Shown in pieces: positions 47,399 to 57,560 of a stretch of 64,000 nucleotides of DNA. Position numbers and translations under genes: made by a program. The notes below the pieces were generated by a model. It was not told the origin of the DNA. It was given only the letters and a program-made list of their open reading frames with translations, and made no database searches. The DNA comes from Minisyncoccia bacterium (GTDB taxonomy: Bacteria > Patescibacteriota > Minisyncoccia > UBA6257 > JAVHQB01), in assembly GCA_049299915.1 (NCBI GenBank), contig JBAQYG010000029.1, positions 194 through 64,193 of the forward strand. Reading direction: 5' to 3'. Within the stretch, counting starts at the first letter, position 1. The number at the start of each line of letters is the position of its first letter.

Positions 47399-48466
47399 AT
47401 GTCATTTTTTAATAAGATGTTATCTCCCAATCATTATGTTGGGATTGATATCGGAACTACTAGCATCAAAGTAGCTGAAATTGTACGTACCGATGGGACT
47501 CTTTTTCTTAAATCCTACGGTATTTTAGAAAACTATGCGCATTTAGAAAGATTAAATGAATCTATTCAAACCAGCAGCTTTAAATTAATAGAGGAACCTA
47601 CTGCTCAACTAATTTCCACCTTGCTCAAAAAAACCAATATGCATCCAGATTATGTGATTATGTCTGTACCGGCCTTTGAATCCTTTGTTGCTTTAGTGAG
47701 TTTGCCAAAAATGCCAGAAAGAGAAATAGATCAAGCCTTAGCTTATCAAGCCAAACAATATATACCCTTACCAGTTGCCGATACTATGCTTGAATGGATA
47801 AACGTGGGCGAAGATGAAAAAGGGTTGCAAGTTTTACTAATTGCTGTTCCGAAGGATGAAGTAGCTCGCTTAGTAAAAACTGCTCAATTGGCGAAATTGA
47901 ATTTAAATTCTATAGAACTTGAAAGTATAAGCGCTGCACGTATTTTCTCATCAGTAGTCAAAGAACCATATATGATAGTAGATATTGGTGGGAGGCTAAC
48001 TTCTTTCGCTTTAGTGGAAAAAGGTAAGTTAAAATTTGTAGAAAATATAGATTTAGGAGGTGGAGACTTAACTCAAGTCATTTCTACCGGTATGAATATA
48101 GATCCTTTCAGGGCTGAAGAGCTTAAAAGGACTCAAGGAATACTAGAAAATGGGGATAGCAATACTGGAGTAGCTGGTTTAATCCTTCCCATTTTAGGAA
48201 ATATTGCTGCCCAAGCTATGAAAACTAAACGTCTATACGAGAGCAATCATAATTTGACCATTGGAACCATAGTTTTAACTGGTGGGGGAGCCAATCTTCC
48301 AGGATGTTTAGAGTACTTTGCAAAAGAAACTCAGAGTAAAGTTATAAAAGGGAATCCTTTTGAAATGGGGATTATCAAATACGAAAGTAGATTAGAGCCG
48401 ATAGTAAAAGAAATAGGTTCAAGTCTTTCTATTGCTTGCGGGTTGTCGATGGTAAAATTATCCTAA
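47399..48466 (+). CDS. pilM: Type IV pilus assembly protein PilM.
   Basis: Actin-like ATPase fold beginning VGIDIGTTSIKVAEI. It heads a pilMNO-type gene order. Confidence 0.85.
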   Translation: MSFFNKMLSPNHYVGIDIGTTSIKVAEIVRTDGTLFLKSYGILENYAHLERLNESIQTSSFKLIEEPTAQLISTLLKKTNMHPDYVIMSVPAFESFVALVSLPKMPEREIDQALAYQAKQYIPLPVADTMLEWINVGEDEKGLQVLLIAVPKDEVARLVKTAQLAKLNLNSIELESISAARIFSSVVKEPYMIVDIGGRLTSFALVEKGKLKFVENIDLGGGDLTQVISTGMNIDPFRAEELKRTQGILENGDSNTGVAGLILPILGNIAAQAMKTKRLYESNHNLTIGTIVLTGGGANLPGCLEYFAKETQSKVIKGNPFEMGIIKYESRLEPIVKEIGSSLSIACGLSMVKLS

Positions 48467-48549
48467 AAAATGAGAGTAGTATTTGTTTCCCCTTGCTTTT
48501 GATTATTTAATTAGAGTATAATAAGAGAAGAGAATTTAATAATTCTTAT

Positions 48550-49119
48550 ATGGATATTGCGAACGTTAAAAGAGATGTTAGCTATACTCTAAATCATAAA
48601 GATAATAAAAATACGTGGCCGAATGGACTAGTGGCGCTTAGCGTCATAATTTTAGTGGTGGCCATTTTAGTAGCTACTGGACTTAAATTATGGAGTAGCT
48701 ATCAAACAAAAAAATTAACTTCTTTAAATACAGAAATTGAAGAGTTGAAAGCTTCTTTTCCCGGAGAGGAAGCAGATATTATTAAAACCGAGAAAACATT
48801 AAATAATATTGGTCAAATTCTCAAAGAGCATCAAAGTACCGCCAAGCTCCTGACAGTTATTGAAGAAAATACTGATCAAAATGTTTATTTCACGAATATG
48901 GGCTGGGATCCAGATACTCTTATTTTAACTTTAAGTGGAGTGGCTGATAGCTATTCTACCGTAGCTCTTCAAGTAAAGAACTTTCAACAAGCAGTTTTAA
49001 GTGGAAATAGTCAGCCGGCTTTTGGCCAAGTGATTTTAAAGGGTTCTAAAATCAATGGGACAGCTAAATATGATTTTAGTTTAGAACTTAGTGTCAATAA
49101 AGCTGTGTTAAATTTTTAA
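48550..49119 (+). CDS. pilN: PilN-like pilus assembly protein.
   Basis: Single TM helix plus coiled-coil, in a position conserved after pilM. Confidence 0.55.
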   Translation: MDIANVKRDVSYTLNHKDNKNTWPNGLVALSVIILVVAILVATGLKLWSSYQTKKLTSLNTEIEELKASFPGEEADIIKTEKTLNNIGQILKEHQSTAKLLTVIEENTDQNVYFTNMGWDPDTLILTLSGVADSYSTVALQVKNFQQAVLSGNSQPAFGQVILKGSKINGTAKYDFSLELSVNKAVLNF

Positions 49120-49124
49120 TATTT

Positions 49125-49739
49125 ATGAGAGAGAATACTAAGCAAACTTTATCAGTAGCCCTTATAACGGCTTGTGTGGCTGGAGCGGTGTTTATATTTG
49201 CCAGAATTATCTCTCCAGGAAGAGACGATTTACAAAAGATTATGGGTAATATAAAAATTGCTCAAGCAGATAAAGATGAATTAGTTAAATATAAACTGTT
49301 GGGAGAGAAACTTGTAAGTGAATCAGCTTTAATGGAATCTCAGATTAATGATGTTAAAGAAATAATGCCTTCTTCCCCGCAAACAGCAGAAATATTGGCT
49401 ACCCTAGATGTTCTGGCAAAGGAAAATGGATTAGTGCTTGATAAAATAGATTTTACTTTTGGTAGACTGACAAGACAAAATAGTGAAGAGGATTTGACCG
49501 ATTTACCATCATTAATTAATACCCAATTAACTTTAAGAGGAAATTATTTAGGCTTCAAAACGTTCTTACAAGAAGTAGAAAAAGAAAAGCGCTTGCTCAA
49601 TTTATTCGGGCTGACGATTAATAATAAGAATGTTTCACCTTCTAGTATAGTAATCGGAGGTGTTAAACCAAAAGTAACGGGTGGAGCAACAACTATTTTA
49701 GAATACCAAATTAGTCTAACAGCCTATTATCAATTATAA
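49125..49739 (+). CDS. pilO: PilO-like pilus assembly protein.
   Basis: Single TM helix plus periplasmic domain, in a position conserved after pilN. Confidence 0.5.
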   Translation: MRENTKQTLSVALITACVAGAVFIFARIISPGRDDLQKIMGNIKIAQADKDELVKYKLLGEKLVSESALMESQINDVKEIMPSSPQTAEILATLDVLAKENGLVLDKIDFTFGRLTRQNSEEDLTDLPSLINTQLTLRGNYLGFKTFLQEVEKEKRLLNLFGLTINNKNVSPSSIVIGGVKPKVTGGATTILEYQISLTAYYQL

Positions 49740-49744
49740 ATCCT

Positions 49745-50056
49745 ATGAGTATAAATATTAATCAAACTCCTACTAGGAAAAATAATTTGTGGCTTTGGAT
49801 AATTGTCATGGTCTTTTTGATTGGGGGAGGATTATTCTTCTTTCTTCAATCAGCTGTGAATCCAGAAATAGTAGTAACTAACGATATTAAAAAACTTTTA
49901 CCCAAGGGTAGTGAAATTGTTGAAGACATAGACCTCAATGCAAAGATAACAAGTATTTTTGAAAGCTATCCTTTCTTAACTCAATTGGTGAAACACACAG
50001 ATTTAGATCAGTTAGTAAGTGGTACAAAGGGGAAGACTAACCCTTTTGCTAAGTAG
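49745..50056 (+). CDS. Small membrane-anchored protein (103 aa) in the pilus locus.
   Basis: N-terminal TM helix, positioned between pilO and pilB. Confidence 0.35.
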   Translation: MSININQTPTRKNNLWLWIIVMVFLIGGGLFFFLQSAVNPEIVVTNDIKKLLPKGSEIVEDIDLNAKITSIFESYPFLTQLVKHTDLDQLVSGTKGKTNPFAK

Positions 50057-50069
50057 TATAGGTTTGATA

Positions 50070-51827
50070 ATGGATCTTAATTTTTTAAAATTCTTAGCTG
50101 AGCAAAAATTAATTACGGCCGATAAGGCCTCTCTTTTAGAGAAAGAAATTAATCCTTTGGGGAGTAATATTGAAGAGCTTCTTTTAAGCCAAAAAGTTTT
50201 AAATGAAAATGAGTTGGCAATAGTTAAGGGCAAATACTTTGGTTTACCAATCAAAACATTTTTACCCCAGGACACTATTCCCCAAGATGTTTTAGCTCTT
50301 ATTCCTGAAGATGCCGCTCGCAATTATAAAGTGATTAGTATTGCCAAAGACAAGAGTGACCTTTCAATCGGAATGCTTCATCCAGAAGATTTAAGAGCCC
50401 AGGAAGCTATTAAATATATAGCCAAGAGATTACATTTAGGAATTAAAATTTATGTAGTAACCCAAAGTGATTTGAAACGTTTGTGGACACAGTATCAGAC
50501 TTTCGCAGAAGATCTCAGAAAGATTTTAACCGATCTTCAACAAGATTTTAGCCAAAGATTTTTTAAAGATAAGGCCAAACCAACTGGTCAGGCAGTTAAT
50601 TTAAAAATACAAGGAGCAATTGCCGAAGAAGCACCTATTATAAAACTACTCTCAGCAGTTTTTACTTATGCAGTAAGAACGAGAGCTTCTGATATTCATA
50701 TAGAACCTCTAAGAGATAAATTACGTATTCGTTTAAGAGTAGATGGTAACCTCTCTTCAAACATTTTTTTACCCTTAGAAATTCATTCAGCTATTATTTC
50801 GCGTATTAAGGTTATGTCTAATTTAAAAATAGACGAAACCAGAGTTCCTCAAGACGGTAGATTTCATACTTATATTGATGAGAAAGAAATTGATTACAGA
50901 GTCTCTTCTTTTCCAACTGCTTTAGGCGAGAAAATTGCTATCAGAGTTTTAGATCCAACGATTGGTCTTAAAAGTGTTAAAGATTTGGGTGTAGATGGTC
51001 ATAATGCCGAAGTTTTGAGTAGGGCTATGATTAAGCCTTACGGTATGATTTTAATTACTGGCCCTACTGGTTCAGGAAAATCAACCACTCTTTACGCTAT
51101 GCTTCAAGAATTAAACAAAGAGGGTGTTAATATCATTAGCCTTGAAGATCCAGTTGAATATACAGTTGAAGGAGTTAATCAATCTCAAGTTTTACCTGAA
51201 ATAGGCTATACCTTTGCCAATGGATTAAGATCTATCTTACGTCAAGATCCTGATATAATTATGGTAGGAGAAATAAGAGATGATGAAACAGCTGATTTAG
51301 CTATTCACGCTGCTCTAACTGGGCATATAGTATTAGCCACTCTTCATACAAACAATGCCGTGGGAGTTATCCCGAGGCTTTTAGATATGGGAGCAGAATC
51401 GTTCCTTTTACCACCAGCTTTAAGCTTAATGATTTCCCAAAGACTAGTGAGAAGATTGTGTCCTGATTGCACAGTGCAAGTAGCGGCTAATGAAATGCAA
51501 ACTCAAATAATAGACGAGGCTCTAAGCGATTTACCTCCTAGTGCTAAAAATAGTTTAACATTTAAAAAACCTTATACTCTTTATACTTCCAAAGGTTGCC
51601 AAACTTGTAATAATAAAGGCTACTTGGGAAGAATTGGTATATTTGAAGCATTAGAAATGTCCCCAGAACTCGCACAGATTATTTATAAAAAGGGTGATAG
51701 TGAATTAATTGCCCAAGAAGCCAAGAAACAAGGTATGATAAGTTTAAGACAAGATGGAGTTCTGAAAGCCTTGAACGGTCAAACTACTTTAGAAGAAGTT
51801 ATTAAAACTACTGACGCTAAAAATTAA
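50070..51827 (+). CDS. pilB: Type IV pilus assembly ATPase PilB (GspE family); start at the ATG at 50070.
   Basis: N-terminal GSPII_E N-domain, Walker A GPTGSGKSTT, Asp and His boxes, and a tetracysteine motif (CPDC...CQTC). Confidence 0.9.
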   Translation: MDLNFLKFLAEQKLITADKASLLEKEINPLGSNIEELLLSQKVLNENELAIVKGKYFGLPIKTFLPQDTIPQDVLALIPEDAARNYKVISIAKDKSDLSIGMLHPEDLRAQEAIKYIAKRLHLGIKIYVVTQSDLKRLWTQYQTFAEDLRKILTDLQQDFSQRFFKDKAKPTGQAVNLKIQGAIAEEAPIIKLLSAVFTYAVRTRASDIHIEPLRDKLRIRLRVDGNLSSNIFLPLEIHSAIISRIKVMSNLKIDETRVPQDGRFHTYIDEKEIDYRVSSFPTALGEKIAIRVLDPTIGLKSVKDLGVDGHNAEVLSRAMIKPYGMILITGPTGSGKSTTLYAMLQELNKEGVNIISLEDPVEYTVEGVNQSQVLPEIGYTFANGLRSILRQDPDIIMVGEIRDDETADLAIHAALTGHIVLATLHTNNAVGVIPRLLDMGAESFLLPPALSLMISQRLVRRLCPDCTVQVAANEMQTQIIDEALSDLPPSAKNSLTFKKPYTLYTSKGCQTCNNKGYLGRIGIFEALEMSPELAQIIYKKGDSELIAQEAKKQGMISLRQDGVLKALNGQTTLEEVIKTTDAKN

Positions 51828-51838
51828 TAATTATTTTT

Positions 51839-52906
51839 ATGGAAGATCATCAACAGCATTTAGCCAATCTTTTAATTTTAGCTGGTCAACAAGGAGCCTC
51901 TGATATTCATTTCAGTGTCGGTCGCCGTCCCAGTATTAGAGTTGATGGAAACCTAATCGAAATAGCTAAAGAGCCTGTTTTAACTCCAGATTCAGTAGCC
52001 GCTTTAATTAGCGGACTTTTAACTCCAGAGCAACAAGATAGACTAATAAAAGAAAGGGAATTGGATTTTGCCTTTAATTACGAAGACAAGATGCGTTTCA
52101 GGGTTAATGCTTATTTCCAAAGAGGGTATTTATCTGCTTCCCTTCGTCTTATTCCTGCTGAAATTAGAAATATAGAAGAACTCAATTTACCACCCATTCT
52201 CCATGAATTAACTAACTACAACCAAGGCTTTATTTTGGCCGTTGGTCCTGCAGGTCACGGAAAAACAACCACTCTAGCAGCCCTAGTAGATGAAATAAAT
52301 CACAAAAGAATGGATCACGTGATTACCATAGAAGATCCTATAGAATATGTCTTTGTTCAAGATAGATCTCTTGTTGATCAAAGAGAAGTGGGCTCGGATA
52401 CTTTAAGTTTCCATAGAGGTTTAAAATCAATTTTACGCCAAGACCCCGATGTTATTATGATTGGAGAAATGAGAGACACAGAATCAGTTTCTATAGCTTT
52501 AACAGCTGCTGAGACTGGTCACTTAGTCTTCTCAACTCTTCATACTAATTCAGCCAGTCAAACACTAGATAGAATTATAGATAGTTTTCCTTCTAGTCAA
52601 CAGAATCAAATAAGATCACAATTGGCAGCTTCCATTGTAGCCATAGTTTCTCAAAGATTAGTTCCTAGAATAAGCGGTGGAAGAGTACCTGTTTGCGAAG
52701 TAATGTTAGCAAATTCAGCTGTAAAGAATTTAATTAGGGAAGGTAAAAATTATCAATTAGATCTAGTTATTGACACTAGCGCCCAAGAAGGTATGATTTC
52801 TATGAATAGATCTTTGGCTGAATTAGTGAAGAAAAAGATTATTTCCTTAGAAAATGCCGAGATTTATTCTTTAAATGCTAGTGAATTAAGAATGATGCTT
52901 AATTAG
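51839..52906 (+). CDS. pilT: Twitching-motility retraction ATPase PilT.
   Basis: Walker A GPAGHGKTTT and the PilT signature (IMIGEMRDTES, HLVFSTLHTN). It lacks the GspE N-domain. Confidence 0.9.
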   Translation: MEDHQQHLANLLILAGQQGASDIHFSVGRRPSIRVDGNLIEIAKEPVLTPDSVAALISGLLTPEQQDRLIKERELDFAFNYEDKMRFRVNAYFQRGYLSASLRLIPAEIRNIEELNLPPILHELTNYNQGFILAVGPAGHGKTTTLAALVDEINHKRMDHVITIEDPIEYVFVQDRSLVDQREVGSDTLSFHRGLKSILRQDPDVIMIGEMRDTESVSIALTAAETGHLVFSTLHTNSASQTLDRIIDSFPSSQQNQIRSQLAASIVAIVSQRLVPRISGGRVPVCEVMLANSAVKNLIREGKNYQLDLVIDTSAQEGMISMNRSLAELVKKKIISLENAEIYSLNASELRMMLN

Positions 52907-52909
52907 AAT

Positions 52910-54118
52910 ATGATTTTTTATTATCAAGCCAGAGACCAACAAGGACAGATTCAGGCCGGGAAATTAGAAGCCCAGTCTCTTAATTCTGCCATCTCTACCC
53001 TTCAAGGGCATGGCTTGGTAATTTTAAATGTTGAACCGGAATCTCAAAGAAATTTTTGGGAAGATTTATTTGGTAGACGCAATCGTATCAGTGGACAAGA
53101 CCTCTCATTATTTATGAGACAATTTTCTACTCTTCTTCAAGCCCATGTGCCCTTAAGTGAATCTTTAAAATCGCTTATAGCCCAAACATCTAGTGTGACC
53201 ATGAAAGACACTATTTATCAATTAAATATTGATATAGATTCTGGACTAACACTCTCCCAGTCTATGGCTAGAAATGAAGGTATTTTTTCTGAGTTTTATA
53301 TTCAAATGGTTCGTTCAGCTGAGCTCTCAGGAAGATTAGAAGAAACACTGGGTTACCTAGCTGATTATGCCGACCATGAATACAAACTCAATGCCCGAGC
53401 CAAGAGTGCATTAGTTTATCCAATATTCGTATTAGGTACCTTTGTAGTTGTAGGAGCTTTTATAACGATCTCAATAGCCCCACAGATGTCTGGAATATTT
53501 AATGAATTTAGCTCTCAACCACCTCTAGCAACAAAAATACTAATGTCAGTCGGAAGCTTCTTAGGAGATTGGGGAATAGTAGTTTTAGTTATCTTGGCAG
53601 GCATAGCTTGGATTATTAGAAATTATTTAGCCTCACCTGAGGGAGATAGATTAAAAGGTTACTGGCTTTTGAAGATTCCTATATTAGGGAAAATGTATCG
53701 CCAGATATTTTTGGCTCGTTTTGCCGAAACTTGTGGCACACTAGTCAGGGGTAGTATTCCAATAGTAACAGCCCTTGAAGTAGCCGGAGATTCTACTGGT
53801 AATTTTATTTATCAACAAATAGGTCGTGAACTAGCAGAAAGAGTAAAACAGGGAAGAAGTATTAGCCAAGCCATAGCTGAACATCCCGTAGAATTTCCCG
53901 TAATGGTTTCACAAATGGTTTCCGTAGGTGAACGTACTGGTCGGGTCGATGACTTATTATTAAGAGCTTCTAAATATTATCAAGACGAAACAGAAAGATC
54001 TTTCGCTTCTCTTTTAGACGTTTTTCAACCAGTGCTTATAGTGGTTTTAGGTATCTTTGTCGGTATCCTTGTCTGGGCCATTCTAATGCCTATTTATCAA
54101 TTAGCCCAGACGGTGTAA
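52910..54118 (+). CDS. pilC: Type IV pilus platform protein PilC (GspF family).
   Basis: Two GspF repeats and three TM segments. Confidence 0.85.
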   Translation: MIFYYQARDQQGQIQAGKLEAQSLNSAISTLQGHGLVILNVEPESQRNFWEDLFGRRNRISGQDLSLFMRQFSTLLQAHVPLSESLKSLIAQTSSVTMKDTIYQLNIDIDSGLTLSQSMARNEGIFSEFYIQMVRSAELSGRLEETLGYLADYADHEYKLNARAKSALVYPIFVLGTFVVVGAFITISIAPQMSGIFNEFSSQPPLATKILMSVGSFLGDWGIVVLVILAGIAWIIRNYLASPEGDRLKGYWLLKIPILGKMYRQIFLARFAETCGTLVRGSIPIVTALEVAGDSTGNFIYQQIGRELAERVKQGRSISQAIAEHPVEFPVMVSQMVSVGERTGRVDDLLLRASKYYQDETERSFASLLDVFQPVLIVVLGIFVGILVWAILMPIYQLAQTV

Positions 54119-54155
54119 ATATATATAATAAATTAAAAAATAATAAAAATAATTT

Positions 54156-54602
54156 ATGAAAAAATCTTTAAAAGGTTTTACTCTCGTAGAAATGCTTATA
54201 GTCATTTCTATAATTGCCATCCTTTCAGGTGCAATTTTAGCCGGTATGGGTTCTTCTCGTTCTAAAGCCAGAAATGCTAAAGTTGTTGCAAATGTTAACA
54301 CTCTCCAACTTATAATGGAAAATGCCTATACGGATGGCTCTTATCCTACAGGCCCAAATGATACGAATATCAGTGCTAGTGACATAATCAAAGCGAATGC
54401 AATAATTGCGACAGGAACCGGTGTTAGCTATTGTCCGGCCGACGCCGATGTTAATGGTAATATTACTTCTTATAGGATTCAGGGAGTATTAGAAGCAGGT
54501 AAAGATGCTGATGATATTTTAAAAAGCAGTCTTACTAGCGCAATAAATTCTTGCACTTGTGATAAAGCTGCCGATTCCCCTGAATTTTGTGTAGGAGAAT
54601 AA
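54156..54602 (+). CDS. pilA: Type IV pilin (major pilin candidate).
   Basis: Class III signal KGFTLVEMLIVISIIAILS (G/F cleavage, Glu at position 5), and a C-terminal Cys pair. Confidence 0.75.
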   Translation: MKKSLKGFTLVEMLIVISIIAILSGAILAGMGSSRSKARNAKVVANVNTLQLIMENAYTDGSYPTGPNDTNISASDIIKANAIIATGTGVSYCPADADVNGNITSYRIQGVLEAGKDADDILKSSLTSAINSCTCDKAADSPEFCVGE

Positions 54603-54612
54603 TATACAAATA

Positions 54613-55527
54613 ATGTCCAATTTCTTTTGGCTTATTGTTAGCTTTGTTTTTGGTACTATCATAGGTAGTTTTGTTAACGTTGCCATACTCAGAGGAGAAA
54701 AAGAAGAAAGTCTTAACGGGCGCTCTCATTGTCCCACTTGCGGCCATAACTTAAGCCCTTGGGACTTGGTGCCCGTTTTTAGTTATTTGTTGCTTAAAAG
54801 GAGGTGTCGTTATTGTCATCAGCCCATAAGCTCATTCTATTTTTGGAATGAGATTCTGATGGGGAGTGTTTTTGCTTTAATTCTGAATAGAATTTTAAGT
54901 TTTTCCTTCACTAATGCTATTTTAAAATATGCATTCATTGGATTGGGAGAAAAAATAATGTTCTTTAGTCAATTAGCTTTTTGGTTAATTTTCTTTAGTG
55001 CTTTGATAGCCATTGCTATATTTGATTTACGAAATTATCTTATTCCAGATACTTTCATTTATACAGCTTCAGGAATTTTAGGTTTAAACCTTATTACTCA
55101 GTTTGTTTTATCTCTTACAAAAACGAAGTGGTTCTATTTAAGCTCTGGATTTAAATTTCTAGGCCAAAATGAAGGCGTGTTTTTTGCAGGTAATAATTGG
55201 TTGGGAATATTAATCGGCGGACTTATTGGATTTATTGTTTTGGGTCTATTAGCTTATGGTTCTCATGGTAAAGCTATGGGATATGGTGATCCTATTTTAG
55301 GATTACTCTTAGGAATAACTTTTGGACCGGTGGGTATAGTTTTAGTTTTAGCCCTAGCCTTTCTTTTAGGAGGATTTATAGGAGGGATTTTGATGTGTTT
55401 CAAGAAAAAGGGATTCAAAAGCCTTTTGCCCTTTGCTCCCTTCCTAGTTACTAGTAGTTTGATAATATTTTTGTTAGGCGATCATATTTTAAATTTTTAT
55501 GTTAGAATATTTGGGATGATTGTTTAA
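54613..55527 (+). CDS. pilD: Prepilin peptidase (A24) with an N-terminal zinc-finger.
   Basis: CPTCGH...CRYCHQ tetracysteine and a polytopic membrane domain with catalytic Asp residues. Confidence 0.85.
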   Translation: MSNFFWLIVSFVFGTIIGSFVNVAILRGEKEESLNGRSHCPTCGHNLSPWDLVPVFSYLLLKRRCRYCHQPISSFYFWNEILMGSVFALILNRILSFSFTNAILKYAFIGLGEKIMFFSQLAFWLIFFSALIAIAIFDLRNYLIPDTFIYTASGILGLNLITQFVLSLTKTKWFYLSSGFKFLGQNEGVFFAGNNWLGILIGGLIGFIVLGLLAYGSHGKAMGYGDPILGLLLGITFGPVGIVLVLALAFLLGGFIGGILMCFKKKGFKSLLPFAPFLVTSSLIIFLLGDHILNFYVRIFGMIV

Positions 55528-55529
55528 TT

Positions 55530-56087
55530 ATGTCCAAATCCCAAAGGGGCTTTACCCTAGTAGAATTACTCGTTACCATCTCCATGATGGCTATAATAAC
55601 AGCCGGTGTTTTTAGCTACTCTCGTAATAGTGAAAATAGAAATAATTTAAATAGAGCAAAAGAGAGATTAATGTTTGAAATCCAGAGGGCAGAAAGTTTG
55701 GCTATGAGTAATTCTCAAAATCCTACAGATACTCGTACCGATAAAGGAAAATGGATACAATGGGGAGTTGCTATTAATGACGGTGGAAGTTATAGAATAG
55801 AATCAAGAACTTGTCCTAGTGGGGCAACAGATATAGATAAGGGGGCATGCGGATCTAAAACAGTTATAAAACTTGAAGATATAAAACTTCCTGCTGGGAT
55901 AAATCTTGATACAAATTCTTCGGACTCAGGTATTTATTTTTTAGCACCAGAACCAGCAGTTTATCAAGAGAGCGGTAGTAAATTAAGCGGTTCCTCAGTA
56001 GCAACTTTCGTCTTGCAATATAACAATGATTCTAATAAACAGATTATAATAAAAGTAAATGCAATTGGGCAAGTTAATTCAAATTAA
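55530..56087 (+). CDS. Minor (pseudo)pilin.
   Basis: Prepilin signal QRGFTLVELLVTISMMAII. Confidence 0.6.
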   Translation: MSKSQRGFTLVELLVTISMMAIITAGVFSYSRNSENRNNLNRAKERLMFEIQRAESLAMSNSQNPTDTRTDKGKWIQWGVAINDGGSYRIESRTCPSGATDIDKGACGSKTVIKLEDIKLPAGINLDTNSSDSGIYFLAPEPAVYQESGSKLSGSSVATFVLQYNNDSNKQIIIKVNAIGQVNSN

Positions 56088-56611
56088 TGATAATAAATCA
56101 TTACAAATTGAAAAATGGTTTTAGCCTGATAGAGGCATTAATTGCTATAGCTATTTTAATAGTAGGAATACTTAGTGCCTTTTTGCTTCTTATTAGGACT
56201 ACGGCAACCATTCCGTCTATGCAAGCTCGCCTAACGGCAGTGAATTTAGCTCAAGAAGGTATAGAAGAAATAAGAGCACTGAGAGATACCGATTTTTTAA
56301 ACGATACGAAAGGTTTTAAAAGCTTCTTAAATGGTCATTCTTGTGGAACTGGTTGCCATATCGCTGTCAATAACGAAAATGGCAGTATAGAATTGTTTGA
56401 TGGGCAAGGTGAGCCATTGAAACTCAATGAAAGCACCCACTTGTATACTTATAATCCTGATGATCCAGATAGTATTTTTTCGCGTAGTATTATAATTGAT
56501 AGTACCCCAACGGATTTCATAAATGTAACCGTAAATGTTATCTATAATATTAAAGACAAAACTCAAACAGTAGAAGCTTCTGACCGTCTTTATAATTGGT
56601 TAAATCCCTAA
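56087..56611 (+). CDS. Minor pilin (PilV-like).
   Basis: Prepilin signal NGFSLIEALIAIAIL. Confidence 0.55.
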   Translation: MIINHYKLKNGFSLIEALIAIAILIVGILSAFLLLIRTTATIPSMQARLTAVNLAQEGIEEIRALRDTDFLNDTKGFKSFLNGHSCGTGCHIAVNNENGSIELFDGQGEPLKLNESTHLYTYNPDDPDSIFSRSIIIDSTPTDFINVTVNVIYNIKDKTQTVEASDRLYNWLNP

Positions 56612-56612
56612 T

Positions 56613-57170
56613 ATGCTTAGAAAATTATCTAAAAGTAAATTAGGATTTACATTAGTAGAGTCATTAGTGGCTATAACTATTTTTTTGGTAGTGGTGACAA
56701 TGGTTGGTTCTATCTATATTAGCTTTGTGCGTCAGGAAAGAAGACTTTATGAGTTTTTAAAAACAGAGAATAATATTCGGTTTGCTTTAGAGTATATAGG
56801 AAGAGATATTAGAATGGCTCATGATTTTAATTTTGAGAATAATTTTTCAGTTTTTGATACAGATTCTGGTACAGAGACCTTAACTTTTAATGATTACACT
56901 AGCAAAAACGGAGAGTCTCATCCAGTAACTTACACTTTTCTTAATAAAAATATTCAAGTTACAAGATATAATAGTGTGTCAGCCATAGATCTTTTGGAAG
57001 AAAATGTTGAAGTCAATTCATTCAAATTTTATATTACTGAGGGAAGACAATTGGTTCCACCGAATAAACAGCCAACAGTAATAATTGTTTTAGAAGCTGT
57101 TGATCAATATGGTAATGAATATAATCTGGAAACAGCAGTGACTCCACGCAATCTAAACTTTTCTCCATAG
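56613..57170 (+). CDS. Minor pilin (PilW-like).
   Basis: Prepilin signal KLGFTLVESLVAITIFLVV. Confidence 0.55.
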   Translation: MLRKLSKSKLGFTLVESLVAITIFLVVVTMVGSIYISFVRQERRLYEFLKTENNIRFALEYIGRDIRMAHDFNFENNFSVFDTDSGTETLTFNDYTSKNGESHPVTYTFLNKNIQVTRYNSVSAIDLLEENVEVNSFKFYITEGRQLVPPNKQPTVIIVLEAVDQYGNEYNLETAVTPRNLNFSP

Positions 57171-57173
57171 CTT

Positions 57174-57560
57174 ATGTTTACTTATGTAAAACACAATTTA
57201 AAAGGACAAGTCTTGCTTTTTAGTTTACTCCTTCTAAGCGCAGCTGTTATAATCGCTTTTAGTTTAAGTACTATTTTTATTAGAGATATAAAATTATCCA
57301 ATGATTCAGTAGCATCTTTAAAAGCTTTCTATTTAGCTGATTGGGCTAGCGAAGGCAATCTTTATAATTATATAAAAGATGGAGAAGATAGTAATAATAA
57401 TTGTGTTACTCCTTATGTACCCAATGGAGACAAAAATGAATGCTCGGGAATATGCGATACAAAAATATGCTGTAAAACAATTCAATGCAATAGTACGGGA
57501 ATAATTACTGTTGGACAATCTGGTTCGACATCACGTTCTATAGAAGTGAATTTTGAATAA
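57174..57560 (+). CDS. PilX-like minor pilin with a Cys-rich C-terminus.
   Basis: Noncanonical pilin-like N-terminus (GQVLLFSLLLLSAAVIIAFSL) and eight Cys in the last 50 aa. Confidence 0.4.
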   Translation: MFTYVKHNLKGQVLLFSLLLLSAAVIIAFSLSTIFIRDIKLSNDSVASLKAFYLADWASEGNLYNYIKDGEDSNNNCVTPYVPNGDKNECSGICDTKICCKTIQCNSTGIITVGQSGSTSRSIEVNFE

